Counted from the stretch's first letter, positions 8,364 through 17,998 are shown. The stretch is 23,212 nucleotides of DNA from Pseudomonadota bacterium (GCA_043818055.1 JBDRGF010000021.1:1-23212), one strand, 5' to 3'. Numbers and translations are program-made. The notes: generated from the letters alone by a model not told the origin.

Positions 8364-9401
8364 ATGATTTTATTTTCTCCCATAACGCAAAAGCGCATCA
8401 AGCGATTTAAGAGCATCAAGCGGGGATATTACTCGCTGATCATCCTTGTCGTTGCGATCTTTTTCTCGCTCTTTGCGGAACTCATCATGAACAATCGTGC
8501 GCTCGTCGTACATTTTGCCGATCATTATTATTTTCCGGTATTCAAATATTATACTGCTTCCACTTTTGGAATGGAAGGGGAGGGAGAGGCCGACTATCGT
8601 GAATTGAAAAGGGTGTTGAAGGCGGAGGATAATGAAAATTACGTCGTCATGCCGCTCATTCCCTACGGCCCATACGAGAGCGATTTTGCGATGGAGGGAA
8701 ACCCGCCATATCCGCCATCGAGAGAGCACCTTCTGGGTACGGATGACAGGGGGCGCGACGTTCTCGTTCGCCTCTTCTACGGTTTTAGAATAGCCATCCT
8801 CTTTTCGCTGATCCTCAACATAGCGGCGGTTACCATCGGCACGTTCATAGGCTCGTTCATGGGATATTTTGGAGGGCGCTTCGACATCTATTCACAGCGT
8901 ATAATCGAGGTCTGGTCAACGGTCCCGATGCTATATCTCGTCATCATCCTTGCTTCTATCTTCAGACCGAGCTTCTGGCTCCTTCTGATCATACTGCTCT
9001 TATTTCAGTGGATCACTATCACATATTATATGCGTACCGAGATGTATCGGGAGAAGTCTAAGGATTACGCCTTTTCGGCCAGGGCCTCCGGGGCCTCACA
9101 TATGAGGATTGTCTTCAAGCATCTGCTTCCTAACTCCCTCACCCCGCTCATAACATTCTTCCCATTTTTTATTGTGGCAGGGATCAGCATGCTGACCTCG
9201 CTCGACTTTCTTGGATATGGACTGCCTGTGCCGACGCCAAGCTGGGGAGAGCTGATGAATCAGGCGCTGTTGCATTTAGATAAACTGTGGCTCAGCATAT
9301 CGCCATTCGCGGCGATTGCGATAACTTTAGTTTTGATAACCTTTGTAGGCGAGGCGCTAAGAGAGGCCTTCGATCCGAAGGAGTATTCGAAGTATGTGTG
9401 A
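8364..9401 (+). CDS. yejE: Peptide ABC transporter permease (YejE/OppC family)
   Basis: SPITQKRIKRFK..KRGYYSL, HLLGTDDRGRD, LDFLGYGLP.PTPSWGEL, GEALREAFDP; start moved to ATG 8364 because the ORF-track start lies in the repeat. Confidence 0.88.
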   Translation: MILFSPITQKRIKRFKSIKRGYYSLIILVVAIFFSLFAELIMNNRALVVHFADHYYFPVFKYYTASTFGMEGEGEADYRELKRVLKAEDNENYVVMPLIPYGPYESDFAMEGNPPYPPSREHLLGTDDRGRDVLVRLFYGFRIAILFSLILNIAAVTIGTFIGSFMGYFGGRFDIYSQRIIEVWSTVPMLYLVIILASIFRPSFWLLLIILLLFQWITITYYMRTEMYREKSKDYAFSARASGASHMRIVFKHLLPNSLTPLITFFPFFIVAGISMLTSLDFLGYGLPVPTPSWGELMNQALLHLDKLWLSISPFAAIAITLVLITFVGEALREAFDPKEYSKYV

Positions 9402-9403
9402 GA

Positions 9404-9461
9404 TTAGCGGATAGCGTTTAGCGTAGAGCGGATAGTTTGAAGACTATACGCTATCCGCTAA
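9404..9461. repeat. Heptamer (TAGCGGA/TAGCGTT) tandem-repeat hairpin
   Basis: TTAGCGGATAGCGT (9404-9417) and ACGCTATCCGCTAA (9448-9461), a perfect 14-bp inverted repeat, with extra units between. Confidence 0.8.
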
Positions 9462-9469
9462 CTAGAGGT

Positions 9470-11239
9470 ATGATGATTAAGAAAATAGTATTCATAATTT
9501 TTATGTTGGTGACGGCAAATGCACACGCCCTTGATCTCTCCAAAATCAAGTGGGAGACGAACAATCATGAGCCCCTCATCGGTTCGAGCAAGGCTGTGGT
9601 TGGTGGGATCTTCAGGGATCAGCTCTCCAGCTTTCCGCTGACATTTCGCCTCTTCGGTCCCAATTCCGCGGATCAGTTCGCAAACTGGAGCCGCAAGTTC
9701 TGCATCAATTTCCAACTCACTGACATCCATCCGAACACGCTCAAAATCATTCCTATGCTCGCAACGCACTGGGCTGTGATGCCCGACCAGAAAACGATCT
9801 ATTATAAACTCGATCCCGATGTGAAGTGGAATGACGGGGTGCCTGTCACAGCTGATGATTATGTATTTGCCTTTGAGATGTTGAAGTCAAAATTTATAAT
9901 TGCTCCATATACCACCAAGTATATCGAAGATCGTTTCGAAACGGTAGAGAAGATCGATGACTATACGATCAAAATTGTCGGTAAGAGGCCGAGTTGGCGG
10001 GCGCTGTATGAGTATAATTTTCCACCGCTTCCACGTCACGCGACTAAACTCGACGAGACCTGGGTCAAGAGGACGAACTGGGAAAGTCCTGTGTGTGTCG
10101 GTTCTCACATGATCAGCGATTATAAGCTTGGAAAGTCGGTGACGTTCGAGAGGGTAAAAAATTGGTGGGGGGATAAGAAGAGATACCTCAAAGGGAGATT
10201 TAATTTTAACAAGATAATTATCAAAGTTGTGAGAAACAGAGAACTGGGATTTCAGCTCTTCAAAAAGGGGGAGCTATCTGTTTATACTGTAGCGCTGGCT
10301 TCAGGATGGGTCAACGATACCGATTTCGAGGCCGTGAAAAAGGGCTGGGTGGTTAAGAAAAAATTCTATAATAGGACACCTAACGGAATGTACGGTATCT
10401 TCATGAACCTAACAGTTCCGCTTTTCCAGAACAAGAATATCAGAAAGGCCTTTCAACACCTCTTCGATTTCGAAACGTATAATGAAAAGCTGATGTATGG
10501 CGCCTATAAGCGCAAAGTCTCGATATCGACAGGCACCATCTTCGCGAATCCAAATTTAAAGCCCTATGAATTTAGCATCGAGAAGGCGTTGGAGTATCTG
10601 AAAAAAGCAGGTTTTGTGAAGAGGGGGGATGACGGCATCCTCGTGAAGGATGGGCAGAGGCTCTCCGTCACACTCACATATAGCAGCCCGAGCTTTGAAA
10701 AACTCCTTTCCGTAATGAGGGAGGATTTCAAAAAGGCGGGCGTCGAATTGGATTTAAAGCGTCTTGATGGCGCGACGGCATATAAGTACGGGATGGAGAG
10801 AAATTATCAGATGATAATCACTATTCGTACAGCAGGATTGCATCCCTCCCCATTGCAGTTTTTTCATTCAAAGTTTGCTGGCATGACAAAAACTAATAAT
10901 ATAACGGCCTATGCAAATCCTGTAGCAGACAAGTTGATCGATACGTATGAATATGATCTCAATGCCAATAAGCGCTTACAGGCGATGTATAAGCTCGACG
11001 CGCTCATTAACGATGAGGCATTCATCATACCATTCTGGTATGCTAATTATTATCGCGTCCTCTATTGGAACGAGTTTGGCCTTCCTGATTATTTCGATAC
11101 TATCTCATCGACCGGCTTTAACGAGTTTGATACGATCTGGTTCGATGAAGAAAAATATAAAAAACTCAAAGAGGCGATGAAGGAGGATAAGAGTATCTCC
11201 CTCGAACCTGTTGAAGATGACCCGCATGGGGTGAAGTAA
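9470..11239 (+). CDS. Peptide ABC transporter periplasmic substrate-binding protein (YejA/OppA family)
   Basis: Signal peptide ending ANAHA; KWNDGVPVTADDYVF, KIDDYTIK, FNFNKI, RKAFQHLFDFE; start ATG 9470 or 9473 after GAGG. Confidence 0.9.
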   Translation: MMIKKIVFIIFMLVTANAHALDLSKIKWETNNHEPLIGSSKAVVGGIFRDQLSSFPLTFRLFGPNSADQFANWSRKFCINFQLTDIHPNTLKIIPMLATHWAVMPDQKTIYYKLDPDVKWNDGVPVTADDYVFAFEMLKSKFIIAPYTTKYIEDRFETVEKIDDYTIKIVGKRPSWRALYEYNFPPLPRHATKLDETWVKRTNWESPVCVGSHMISDYKLGKSVTFERVKNWWGDKKRYLKGRFNFNKIIIKVVRNRELGFQLFKKGELSVYTVALASGWVNDTDFEAVKKGWVVKKKFYNRTPNGMYGIFMNLTVPLFQNKNIRKAFQHLFDFETYNEKLMYGAYKRKVSISTGTIFANPNLKPYEFSIEKALEYLKKAGFVKRGDDGILVKDGQRLSVTLTYSSPSFEKLLSVMREDFKKAGVELDLKRLDGATAYKYGMERNYQMIITIRTAGLHPSPLQFFHSKFAGMTKTNNITAYANPVADKLIDTYEYDLNANKRLQAMYKLDALINDEAFIIPFWYANYYRVLYWNEFGLPDYFDTISSTGFNEFDTIWFDEEKYKKLKEAMKEDKSISLEPVEDDPHGVK

Positions 11240-11241
11240 TT

Positions 11242-11344
11242 ACGTGAAGCGTCCACCCGTGAAGCGTGAAGCGTTTGCGGAAGGATAAGAACGTGAAACG
11301 TCGTTCGTGAAGTGCTTTTTACGCTTTACGCTTCACGTTTCACG
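11242..11344. repeat. Heptamer (CGTGAAG) tandem-repeat hairpin
   Basis: ACGTGAAGCG...CGTGAAGCGTGAAGCGT...CGTGAAACG...CGTGAAG followed by the reverse-complement run TTTACGCTTTACGCTTCACGTTTCACG (11318-11344). Confidence 0.8.
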
Positions 11345-11359
11345 ACCAACGGTTTTTTT

Positions 11360-12334
11360 ATGAATGATCTTATAACCATAAATGATCTCACAGTCCGGTT
11401 TGCGGTTGAAGGGCAATTCTTCACTGCTGTTGACTCTGTTGCGCTATCGATTCCGAATGCGAAGACGGTGGGGCTCATCGGCGAGTCCGGGTGCGGAAAA
11501 TCTGTCACAGCACTCTCTATATTGAGGCTCATTCCGAATCCGCCGGGGGAAATATCTAAAGGTCAGATTATTTTCGGAGAAGATGACCTTCTTAAATGCT
11601 CCATTGAAAAGCTTCATAAGATAAGGGGACGTGAGATCTCGATGATATTTCAGGAACCGATGACCTCTCTCAATCCTGTCTATACGGTGGGAAAACAGAT
11701 CAAAGAGGTTTACGATCTGCATTTTGATTTTTCAAATGAGGAGAAGCTTGAGCGCGCGGTCAGGATGCTTGACCTGGTCGGCATCCCCGATCCTCTGCGT
11801 CACCTCAAGGCCTATCCTCACGAGCTCTCCGGCGGCATGAGGCAGCGCGTGATGATCGCTATGGCTCTCGCCTGTTCTCCTAAACTGCTAATCGCCGATG
11901 AGCCGACGACCGCCTTGGATGTGACGATTCAGGCGCAGGTGCTCGATTTGATAAACAGGATTAAGGATGAGTTCAACATGTCCGTGTTATTCATCACGCA
12001 CGATCTGGGGATCGTGGCGCAGATGTGCGATTATGTGAATGTCATGTACGCTGGAAGGATAGTAGAAAAGGCGGGCGTGATTGATCTTTATAAACACCCG
12101 ATGCACCCATACACCAAAGGACTTTTGACATCGCTCCCCAAACGTGGACTCAAAAGAGGTGTGCGACTTCCGACGATACCCGGGATCGTTTCCGACATCG
12201 ACAAACTCCCAAAAGGGTGTCGCTTTGCCGATAGGTGTTTCAAGGCTCAGGCGAAGTGTCGTTTGGAAGATCCTTTACTTGAGAGCGTTGAAGGAAACAG
12301 GGAGGTCGCCTGTTTTTATCCATTACAGGATTAA
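11360..12334 (+). CDS. oppD: Oligopeptide ABC transporter ATP-binding protein
   Basis: [53 protein letters not shown]-terminal Cys cluster; start moved to ATG 11360. Confidence 0.92.
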   Translation: MNDLITINDLTVRFAVEGQFFTAVDSVALSIPNAKTVGLIGESGCGKSVTALSILRLIPNPPGEISKGQIIFGEDDLLKCSIEKLHKIRGREISMIFQEPMTSLNPVYTVGKQIKEVYDLHFDFSNEEKLERAVRMLDLVGIPDPLRHLKAYPHELSGGMRQRVMIAMALACSPKLLIADEPTTALDVTIQAQVLDLINRIKDEFNMSVLFITHDLGIVAQMCDYVNVMYAGRIVEKAGVIDLYKHPMHPYTKGLLTSLPKRGLKRGVRLPTIPGIVSDIDKLPKGCRFADRCFKAQAKCRLEDPLLESVEGNREVACFYPLQD

Positions 12335-12337
12335 GAG

Positions 12338-13336
12338 ATGAATGAAGCATTATTAAAAGTAGAGAATCTCAAGAAGCATTTTCCGATACGCGGTGGAATT
12401 TTAAACCGTTCGATCGGGAGCGTCTTCGCGGTCGATGGCGTTTCGTTCGAAGTTAAAAAAGGAACGACGCTTGGGCTCGTTGGAGAGTCCGGGTGTGGCA
12501 AATCGACTCTCGGCAGGACTCTCTTAAGACTCTATGAACCAACCGAAGGAAAAGCCTTTCTCGAAGGAAAGGATATATTTTCGCTCGATCGCCATTCGAT
12601 GTTTGAGATCAGAAAAGATATTCAGATGATCTTTCAGGACCCCTATTCATCGCTCAACCCGAGGATGACTGTGGGCGACATTATAAGAGAGCCGCTCGAT
12701 ATATATAAAATTGGAAGCGCCACAGAACGAAGAGAGAGACTTTTATATCTCACCGATGTCGTCGGGATGAAGGAGGATATCTTAGGCCGATATCCGCACG
12801 AGTTTTCGGGCGGCCAGAGGCAGAGGATTGGGATCGCAAGGGCGCTTGCCCTTAATCCAAAGCTCATCGTCGCCGACGAGCCCATCTCAGCGCTCGATGT
12901 CTCAATCCGCTCGCAAATATTAAATCTCATAGCCGATCTTCAGGAGCGCTTCTCGCTCACATACATATTCATCTCGCACGATCTTTCAGTCGTCGAATAC
13001 ATCAGCGACACTATCGCAGTGATGTATCTCGGAAAGATCGTAGAAAAGGCTTCAAAGAGGGCGCTGTTCGATGATCCCAAACACCCTTACACGATCGCGC
13101 TAATGTCCGCAATACCAGAGCCCGATCCGACTGCAACGCGAAAGAGGATCATTTTAAAAGGGGATATCCCCTCGCAATCAAGCCCTCCAAAAGGTTGCCC
13201 TTTTCATACGAGATGCTATATGGCAACAGAGGAGTGTTCTAAAATAGTTCCAGAGTTGAAAAATTATGCCGGTGATAAAGAGGAAGAACACTTGGTGGCA
13301 TGTGTAAAAGCAAAAAGCGCATGTGGCATGTGGTAA
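12338..13336 (+). CDS. oppF: Oligopeptide ABC transporter ATP-binding protein
   Basis: [51 protein letters not shown]. Confidence 0.92.
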   Translation: MNEALLKVENLKKHFPIRGGILNRSIGSVFAVDGVSFEVKKGTTLGLVGESGCGKSTLGRTLLRLYEPTEGKAFLEGKDIFSLDRHSMFEIRKDIQMIFQDPYSSLNPRMTVGDIIREPLDIYKIGSATERRERLLYLTDVVGMKEDILGRYPHEFSGGQRQRIGIARALALNPKLIVADEPISALDVSIRSQILNLIADLQERFSLTYIFISHDLSVVEYISDTIAVMYLGKIVEKASKRALFDDPKHPYTIALMSAIPEPDPTATRKRIILKGDIPSQSSPPKGCPFHTRCYMATEECSKIVPELKNYAGDKEEEHLVACVKAKSACGMW

Positions 13337-13442
13337 AACCTTGACAGCCAAGCCCTTCCCCCTTGACGGGGGAAGGTGGCCGTAAGGCCGGATGGGGGTG
13401 AGGTTTTTACTACATGCCACATGCTCGGTACCACATGCTGCC
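13317..13442 (+). repeat. CATGTGG-flanked composite palindromic element, copy 3 (overlaps the oppF 3' end)
   Basis: GCGCATGTGGCATGTGGTAAAACCTTGACAGCCAAGCCCTTCCCCCTTGACGGGGGAAGGTGGCCGTAAGGCCGGATGGGGGTGAGGTTTTTACTACATGCCACATGC. Confidence 0.9.
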
Positions 13443-13456
13443 TTTAGGAGGATAAA

Positions 13457-14740
13457 ATGTTAAAAATCGATTTTTCAAACTGCTATGATGATAAAATTGG
13501 AGAGGAGGGGATATCGAAGGAAGATGTGAATGCTATCTCCTCTGGGCTTAAAGATACTATCTCGCAGCTCAGTAAATGGAGGGAGTCGCAAGACGCCATC
13601 TTCTTTGACTATCCGGCGACTCCGGGATTATGCGAACCGTTCAAACAGGCCTCGCGTGATTATTTTTCAAAGTACGAAAATCTGGTCGTGCTCGGAATCG
13701 GTGGTTCGGCTCTCGGTTTAAGCTTTCTTGCAGGAGCACTGCTGCCGCCGTTCTATAACCAGTTTTCAAAGGGGATGAAGCTCTTCGTATGTGATAACGT
13801 CGATCCCGACAGCTTTTCGAAACTCATGAACAGCATCAATCTGAAAAAGACTTTATTCAATGTGATATCAAAATCGGGGGGCACCGTTGAGACGGCGAGC
13901 CAGTTCTTTCTCATCGCTGAAAGATTAAAGGCTGTTATGGGAGAGGATTGGAGAAAGAATCTAATTCTCACGACCGATCCCGAGAGGGGTTTGCTTCGGG
14001 CTTATGCATATAAATACGGTATCAGGGCGTTTGATATCCCTTCAAAACTGGGTGGGCGTTTTTCAGTTCTCTCTGCTGTCGGGTTATTGCCCGCTGCTAT
14101 AATGGGAATCAATGTCGAGGGACTCATAAGGGGAGCGCTTACCGCAAGGGAGTATTGTGAGCTCGCATCTCTTGATGAGAATCCTGCTTTGCATCTGGCA
14201 GCGATTTCATATCTCATGGATGTAAAAAGGAAAAAAAATATTTCGATCATGCTCCCTTATGCCGATAGTCTAAAGCTCTTTGCAGATTGGTATGCCCAGC
14301 TCTGGGGGGAGAGCCTGGGCAAAGAGGGAAAGGGGACAACGCCGATGAAGGCGCTCGGTGCCACCGATCAGCATTCTCAATTGCAGCTCTATATGGAAGG
14401 CCCCAATGATAAGCTGATAACATTTATTACAGCAGAGAAATTCAGGGAGAAGACAGATAAGATAATTCCTCTCATGGAAGGTTTTGATTATCTTGTAGGC
14501 AAGGATCTAGGAGATCTCATAAATGCCGAAGCACTTGCAACATCGGGGGCTCTCACACAGGCCAAAAGGCCGAATATTACAATCAAACTCCCATCTCTGA
14601 GCTCTCAGTCGATAGGTGAACTAATATTTCTATACGAGACAGTTACAGCACTCACCGGCGCGCTCTACCAGATCAACCCCTTCGACCAACCCGGCGTCGA
14701 AATCGGTAAAAAACTGACGAAAGAGATTTTGTCTCAGTAG
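13457..14740 (+). CDS. pgi: Glucose-6-phosphate isomerase
   Basis: VVLGIGGSALG, ISKSGGTVET, GGRFSVLSAVG, QLWGESLGK, GATDQHSQLQLY, INPFDQPGVEIGK; SD AGGAGG. Confidence 0.96.
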   Translation: MLKIDFSNCYDDKIGEEGISKEDVNAISSGLKDTISQLSKWRESQDAIFFDYPATPGLCEPFKQASRDYFSKYENLVVLGIGGSALGLSFLAGALLPPFYNQFSKGMKLFVCDNVDPDSFSKLMNSINLKKTLFNVISKSGGTVETASQFFLIAERLKAVMGEDWRKNLILTTDPERGLLRAYAYKYGIRAFDIPSKLGGRFSVLSAVGLLPAAIMGINVEGLIRGALTAREYCELASLDENPALHLAAISYLMDVKRKKNISIMLPYADSLKLFADWYAQLWGESLGKEGKGTTPMKALGATDQHSQLQLYMEGPNDKLITFITAEKFREKTDKIIPLMEGFDYLVGKDLGDLINAEALATSGALTQAKRPNITIKLPSLSSQSIGELIFLYETVTALTGALYQINPFDQPGVEIGKKLTKEILSQ

Positions 14741-14741
14741 C

Positions 14742-16208
14742 TTAGATGGAATTTTCCAAAAAACTTTTAGCAATTTGGCGAAATTGTGCCTTCATAAATT
14801 TATATTGATGAGGATCGGCGAAGCTCTCATAATGCTGGCAGAAAGCCCATATACCGGCTTTTTCCATGAATCGCTTAACTTTTCTAAGTCCCGGATTCTC
14901 TTCTTCTAGATTCAAACCCCGCTCTTTTGCCTGATGGTAGAATTCAAAACGGGCGCTGTAACCCCATGCTTCTGAACGGATGTAATGTTGCATTAATTGT
15001 TTTGTAAGTTGGCTGACCGTCTCTCTTGTAATATGAAAAAAGTCTGAGAAATCAGCCGGAATAGCATAGTTTGCTATTGATGCCACAAGAGCAGAAACCA
15101 ATTCTCTCATTTTATAACCCGGGCTGATGTATATTGTTGCTTCAGCCTCTGTTCCACCCAAGAATATTGCTTCAAATGCGGTTGAAATTACAGGCTGCAT
15201 AAGCTTCTCCTGTGACATTCTGATTTTAATCTGGGATTGATCCAAGATGTCCAACAACCATGCCGCAAGCTTTGGTGCTAGATGTTGGAATAGACGACGT
15301 GCGGTTTCGATATCCTCTTCGCGGTTTACGGTCTTATTCATGAGCCGTTCAATTTCACGCAGCTCTTCCTGTGAAAGTCTTTGGTCGATTGATTCCTTTG
15401 TTAATAATCCCCAGTTATATTTTGCGTAGAACGTACCCTTTTCATCCAGCTCATTTTGTATCCATAAAGGTTTATCTCTCTGATTTGGTTTTTCCCATGT
15501 GTCGGATCGATGGATGTTGCTGGCGCCAGTTAAAAACTCTTTTGTCACTTTTTCAAAATGTTGACTCATTGTCATATGAAGTGCTGGAGATTGATAATTT
15601 TGGTATACATCTGCAATTCCGGCTAGCCCGCGCTGTTTGAATAAACCATATAGAGCCCAGTCGATAGGTTCTAGTATGCCGGGAGTTTCAAGACTGTGTA
15701 AAGAAAGTCCAGCGCGTCGCATTTCAAATTCCATCTGGTAAAGGAAAGATTGATGACAAGCTACTTCCCATGTGTATCGACGCCATAGGCTATCAAATAT
15801 CTGAGATGAATTATTTGATGAACTTATTGGAGGTGTTTCAACAGCTTGCAGTAAGAATGCACTGCTTCGTAAAAATCCTGTGAGCATATATTGAGAATGA
15901 AGATTTTCTCCTTTAGGAAAGATCATAACTTTGCCGTGTTCTGTATCAGCACCCGCAACCATAGGAAACTTAGTTACTTCAATGCTTGAACCATCAGGTT
16001 TTAGGGCATTAATGACTTGTTCATAAGAGGGAAGTATATTTGCAGTCATCTTCATCAGTCTAAGAGCCTGCGCAGATGTGTGTATGGGTCTTTCAAGCAG
16101 GCTCATATATTGCCTGGCCTGCTCATTGCTTATTCTTTGAACATTTTGTGTGGGATTAAAAAAACCGTAATGTTGTTGCCAAAGGTGTGAAGTGGGTGTG
16201 TTTATCAT
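14742..16208 (-). CDS. Hypothetical protein with an apparent internal two-domain duplication
   Basis: 488-aa ORF, SD-like GAGAGGA; the two halves align by eye; AT-rich. Confidence 0.75.
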   Translation of the reverse strand: MINTPTSHLWQQHYGFFNPTQNVQRISNEQARQYMSLLERPIHTSAQALRLMKMTANILPSYEQVINALKPDGSSIEVTKFPMVAGADTEHGKVMIFPKGENLHSQYMLTGFLRSSAFLLQAVETPPISSSNNSSQIFDSLWRRYTWEVACHQSFLYQMEFEMRRAGLSLHSLETPGILEPIDWALYGLFKQRGLAGIADVYQNYQSPALHMTMSQHFEKVTKEFLTGASNIHRSDTWEKPNQRDKPLWIQNELDEKGTFYAKYNWGLLTKESIDQRLSQEELREIERLMNKTVNREEDIETARRLFQHLAPKLAAWLLDILDQSQIKIRMSQEKLMQPVISTAFEAIFLGGTEAEATIYISPGYKMRELVSALVASIANYAIPADFSDFFHITRETVSQLTKQLMQHYIRSEAWGYSARFEFYHQAKERGLNLEEENPGLRKVKRFMEKAGIWAFCQHYESFADPHQYKFMKAQFRQIAKSFLENSI

Positions 16209-16419
16209 ATCTCATCCTCTCTTGTTGTTATAAGTGTCTCAGTGTGGATAAATGCGCTAGACCGCTTTCATACTGTGTTATCCGCGTTGCCCATATCACA
16301 ATTTAGGGATTCAAAGTCAATGGGAATTACAATATAGGTGTTTGATAATGTGTGTAAATTCTCACATGCCCATAATTAAATATTGCGATTTAGATGCAAA
16401 ATTGTTATTTTCTGTTTCC

Positions 16420-16824
16420 ATGACACCAAAGGATATCTCAAAAATAATTCGACACTGGCAGGAGGCTTCCAAACATGATATGGATGTCGCTCTTTCTTTG
16501 TTCAAAACTGGCAAATATGATTATTGCTTGTTTTTATGTCATCTGATGTTGGAGAAAATTCTCAAGGCAATTGTGGCTTCTGTTACAAAAGAACACCCTC
16601 CCTTTACTCATAATCTCCTCTATCTTGCTGGAAAGGCCAATCTGGAACTGACGAAGGTTCAGATCGAAGAGCTTGATAAGATCAATAAATTTAATATGGA
16701 AGTAAGATACCCCGAAGATTTAAAGGCAATGCTTGGCAAAGTGACAAGGGAGTATGCTAAAAAGTATTTCGATATCAGCAAGGAGCTTTGGAAATGGTTC
16801 CAAAATCGATTAGATCAGTGTTGA
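16420..16824 (+). CDS. HEPN domain protein (toxin partner of HEPN-MNT module)
   Basis: W...SKHDMDVA..LF..GKYDYCLFLCH...EKILKA, THNLLYL, VRYP; start taken as ATG 16420. Confidence 0.88.
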   Translation: MTPKDISKIIRHWQEASKHDMDVALSLFKTGKYDYCLFLCHLMLEKILKAIVASVTKEHPPFTHNLLYLAGKANLELTKVQIEELDKINKFNMEVRYPEDLKAMLGKVTREYAKKYFDISKELWKWFQNRLDQC

Positions 16825-17108
16825 AAAAATATAAGGCAGCTCTCATCGAAGAGGGTTTTCCAAAATTTGATATGTACCTCTTCGGCTCTTATGCCAGAGG
16901 TGATGAAAGGACTGACAGTGATATAGACCTGTGTCTTGTATCCGATGCTTTTAAGTCCAAAAAAAGAGAGTACGAGAAGAAGGCCGTTTTTATCGCTTAT
17001 CATATAGATCCGCGCATCCAGGTAGTAGTCACGGATCCCTATAAATTCAAGAAAGATCCCCTTTCACCCCTGTTCAGCCGGGTTAGAAAAGAATGCATCG
17101 CGGCATAA
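16794..17108 (+). CDS. Minimal nucleotidyltransferase (MNT) antitoxin
   Basis: YLFGSYARG...SDIDLCLVS; ATG 16794 with SD AGGAG (16781-16785); overlaps the HEPN gene by 31 nt. Confidence 0.9.
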   Translation: MVPKSIRSVLKKYKAALIEEGFPKFDMYLFGSYARGDERTDSDIDLCLVSDAFKSKKREYEKKAVFIAYHIDPRIQVVVTDPYKFKKDPLSPLFSRVRKECIAA

Positions 17109-17208
17109 TCTTAGACTGAATGTGATTTCTAAAATATTTAGCGTAATCTAAGGGACAAAATTCTCTTAAGTTGTTAACCCCCTATAAATATGTTACAAAC
17201 TCCTCCTG

Positions 17209-17991
17209 ATGATCCTAGAGAATATCGGAAAAAAGGTGACAGGCCCCGTTGAGACATTTGTCGGTCTTTCGACCCTCTTTGTCGAGACTCTCAAAGTAAT
17301 ATTTACTGAGAAGGGGAAGGGGCGGCGGCTGCTCTTAGGGATAATCAAAAAGCAGATCCTCTTCACTGGTTTCGACGCGATGCCTGTCATTACAATCACA
17401 TCCCTTCTTATCGGCATGGTCACCATAATCGAGGTGATAACCCAGCTGCCAACAGTCGGTGGCGAATCGTACATGGGGAGCATCCTCGTCATAGTCGTGC
17501 TTCGTGAACTCGGTCCTCTTCTCACCGCATTTATTATCATCGGCCGATCGGGGACAGCGATATCGACGGAGATCGGCAACATGATGGTTGGAGGAGAGGT
17601 GCAGGCCATCGAAAATATGGGGATCAATCCGTTGAGGTTCATCATAATGCCGCGCCTTTTCGGGGTTACGATCGCGATGGTTTGCCTTGCGATCTATTTT
17701 GATTTATCGGCGATCGTCGGCGGCTTCGTCTTTGCCCGTCTCACAGTGAACTATCCTCTTGCAGCTTATGTGGCCGATATCACGAGCGCTTTGGGATTTT
17801 TCGATCTCATGGCGGGGATCATCAAGTGTTTTATATTCGGAGTGATCATAGCGATAGTATGTGCGGCATATGGATTTTCTGTCAAAGTTGCTACGACAGA
17901 GGTTCCGCAGGCGACGACGAAGGCGGTGGTGACATGCATTTATCTATGTTTTGTAGCAAATTGCATAATAACAGCATTTTTCTTTATCTGA
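17209..17991 (+). CDS. mlaE: MlaE-family ABC transporter permease
   Basis: LRELGPLLTAFIIIGRSGTAISTEIGNM, MGINPLRFIIMPR, VPQATTKAVV. Confidence 0.9.
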   Translation: MILENIGKKVTGPVETFVGLSTLFVETLKVIFTEKGKGRRLLLGIIKKQILFTGFDAMPVITITSLLIGMVTIIEVITQLPTVGGESYMGSILVIVVLRELGPLLTAFIIIGRSGTAISTEIGNMMVGGEVQAIENMGINPLRFIIMPRLFGVTIAMVCLAIYFDLSAIVGGFVFARLTVNYPLAAYVADITSALGFFDLMAGIIKCFIFGVIIAIVCAAYGFSVKVATTEVPQATTKAVVTCIYLCFVANCIITAFFFI

Positions 17992-17998
17992 GATATAT

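Noticed and set aside
16243..16286. DnaA box TGTGGATAA (16243-16251) and near-match TTATCCGCG as a replication origin
   Set aside because: Only one perfect box, no cluster and no origin-associated genes; the second site could equally be a weak sigma28-like -10.
1925..17108. Schlafen gene plus HEPN-MNT as one defence island
   Set aside because: They are 13 kb apart, separated by transporter genes and pgi, with no integrase or island boundaries.
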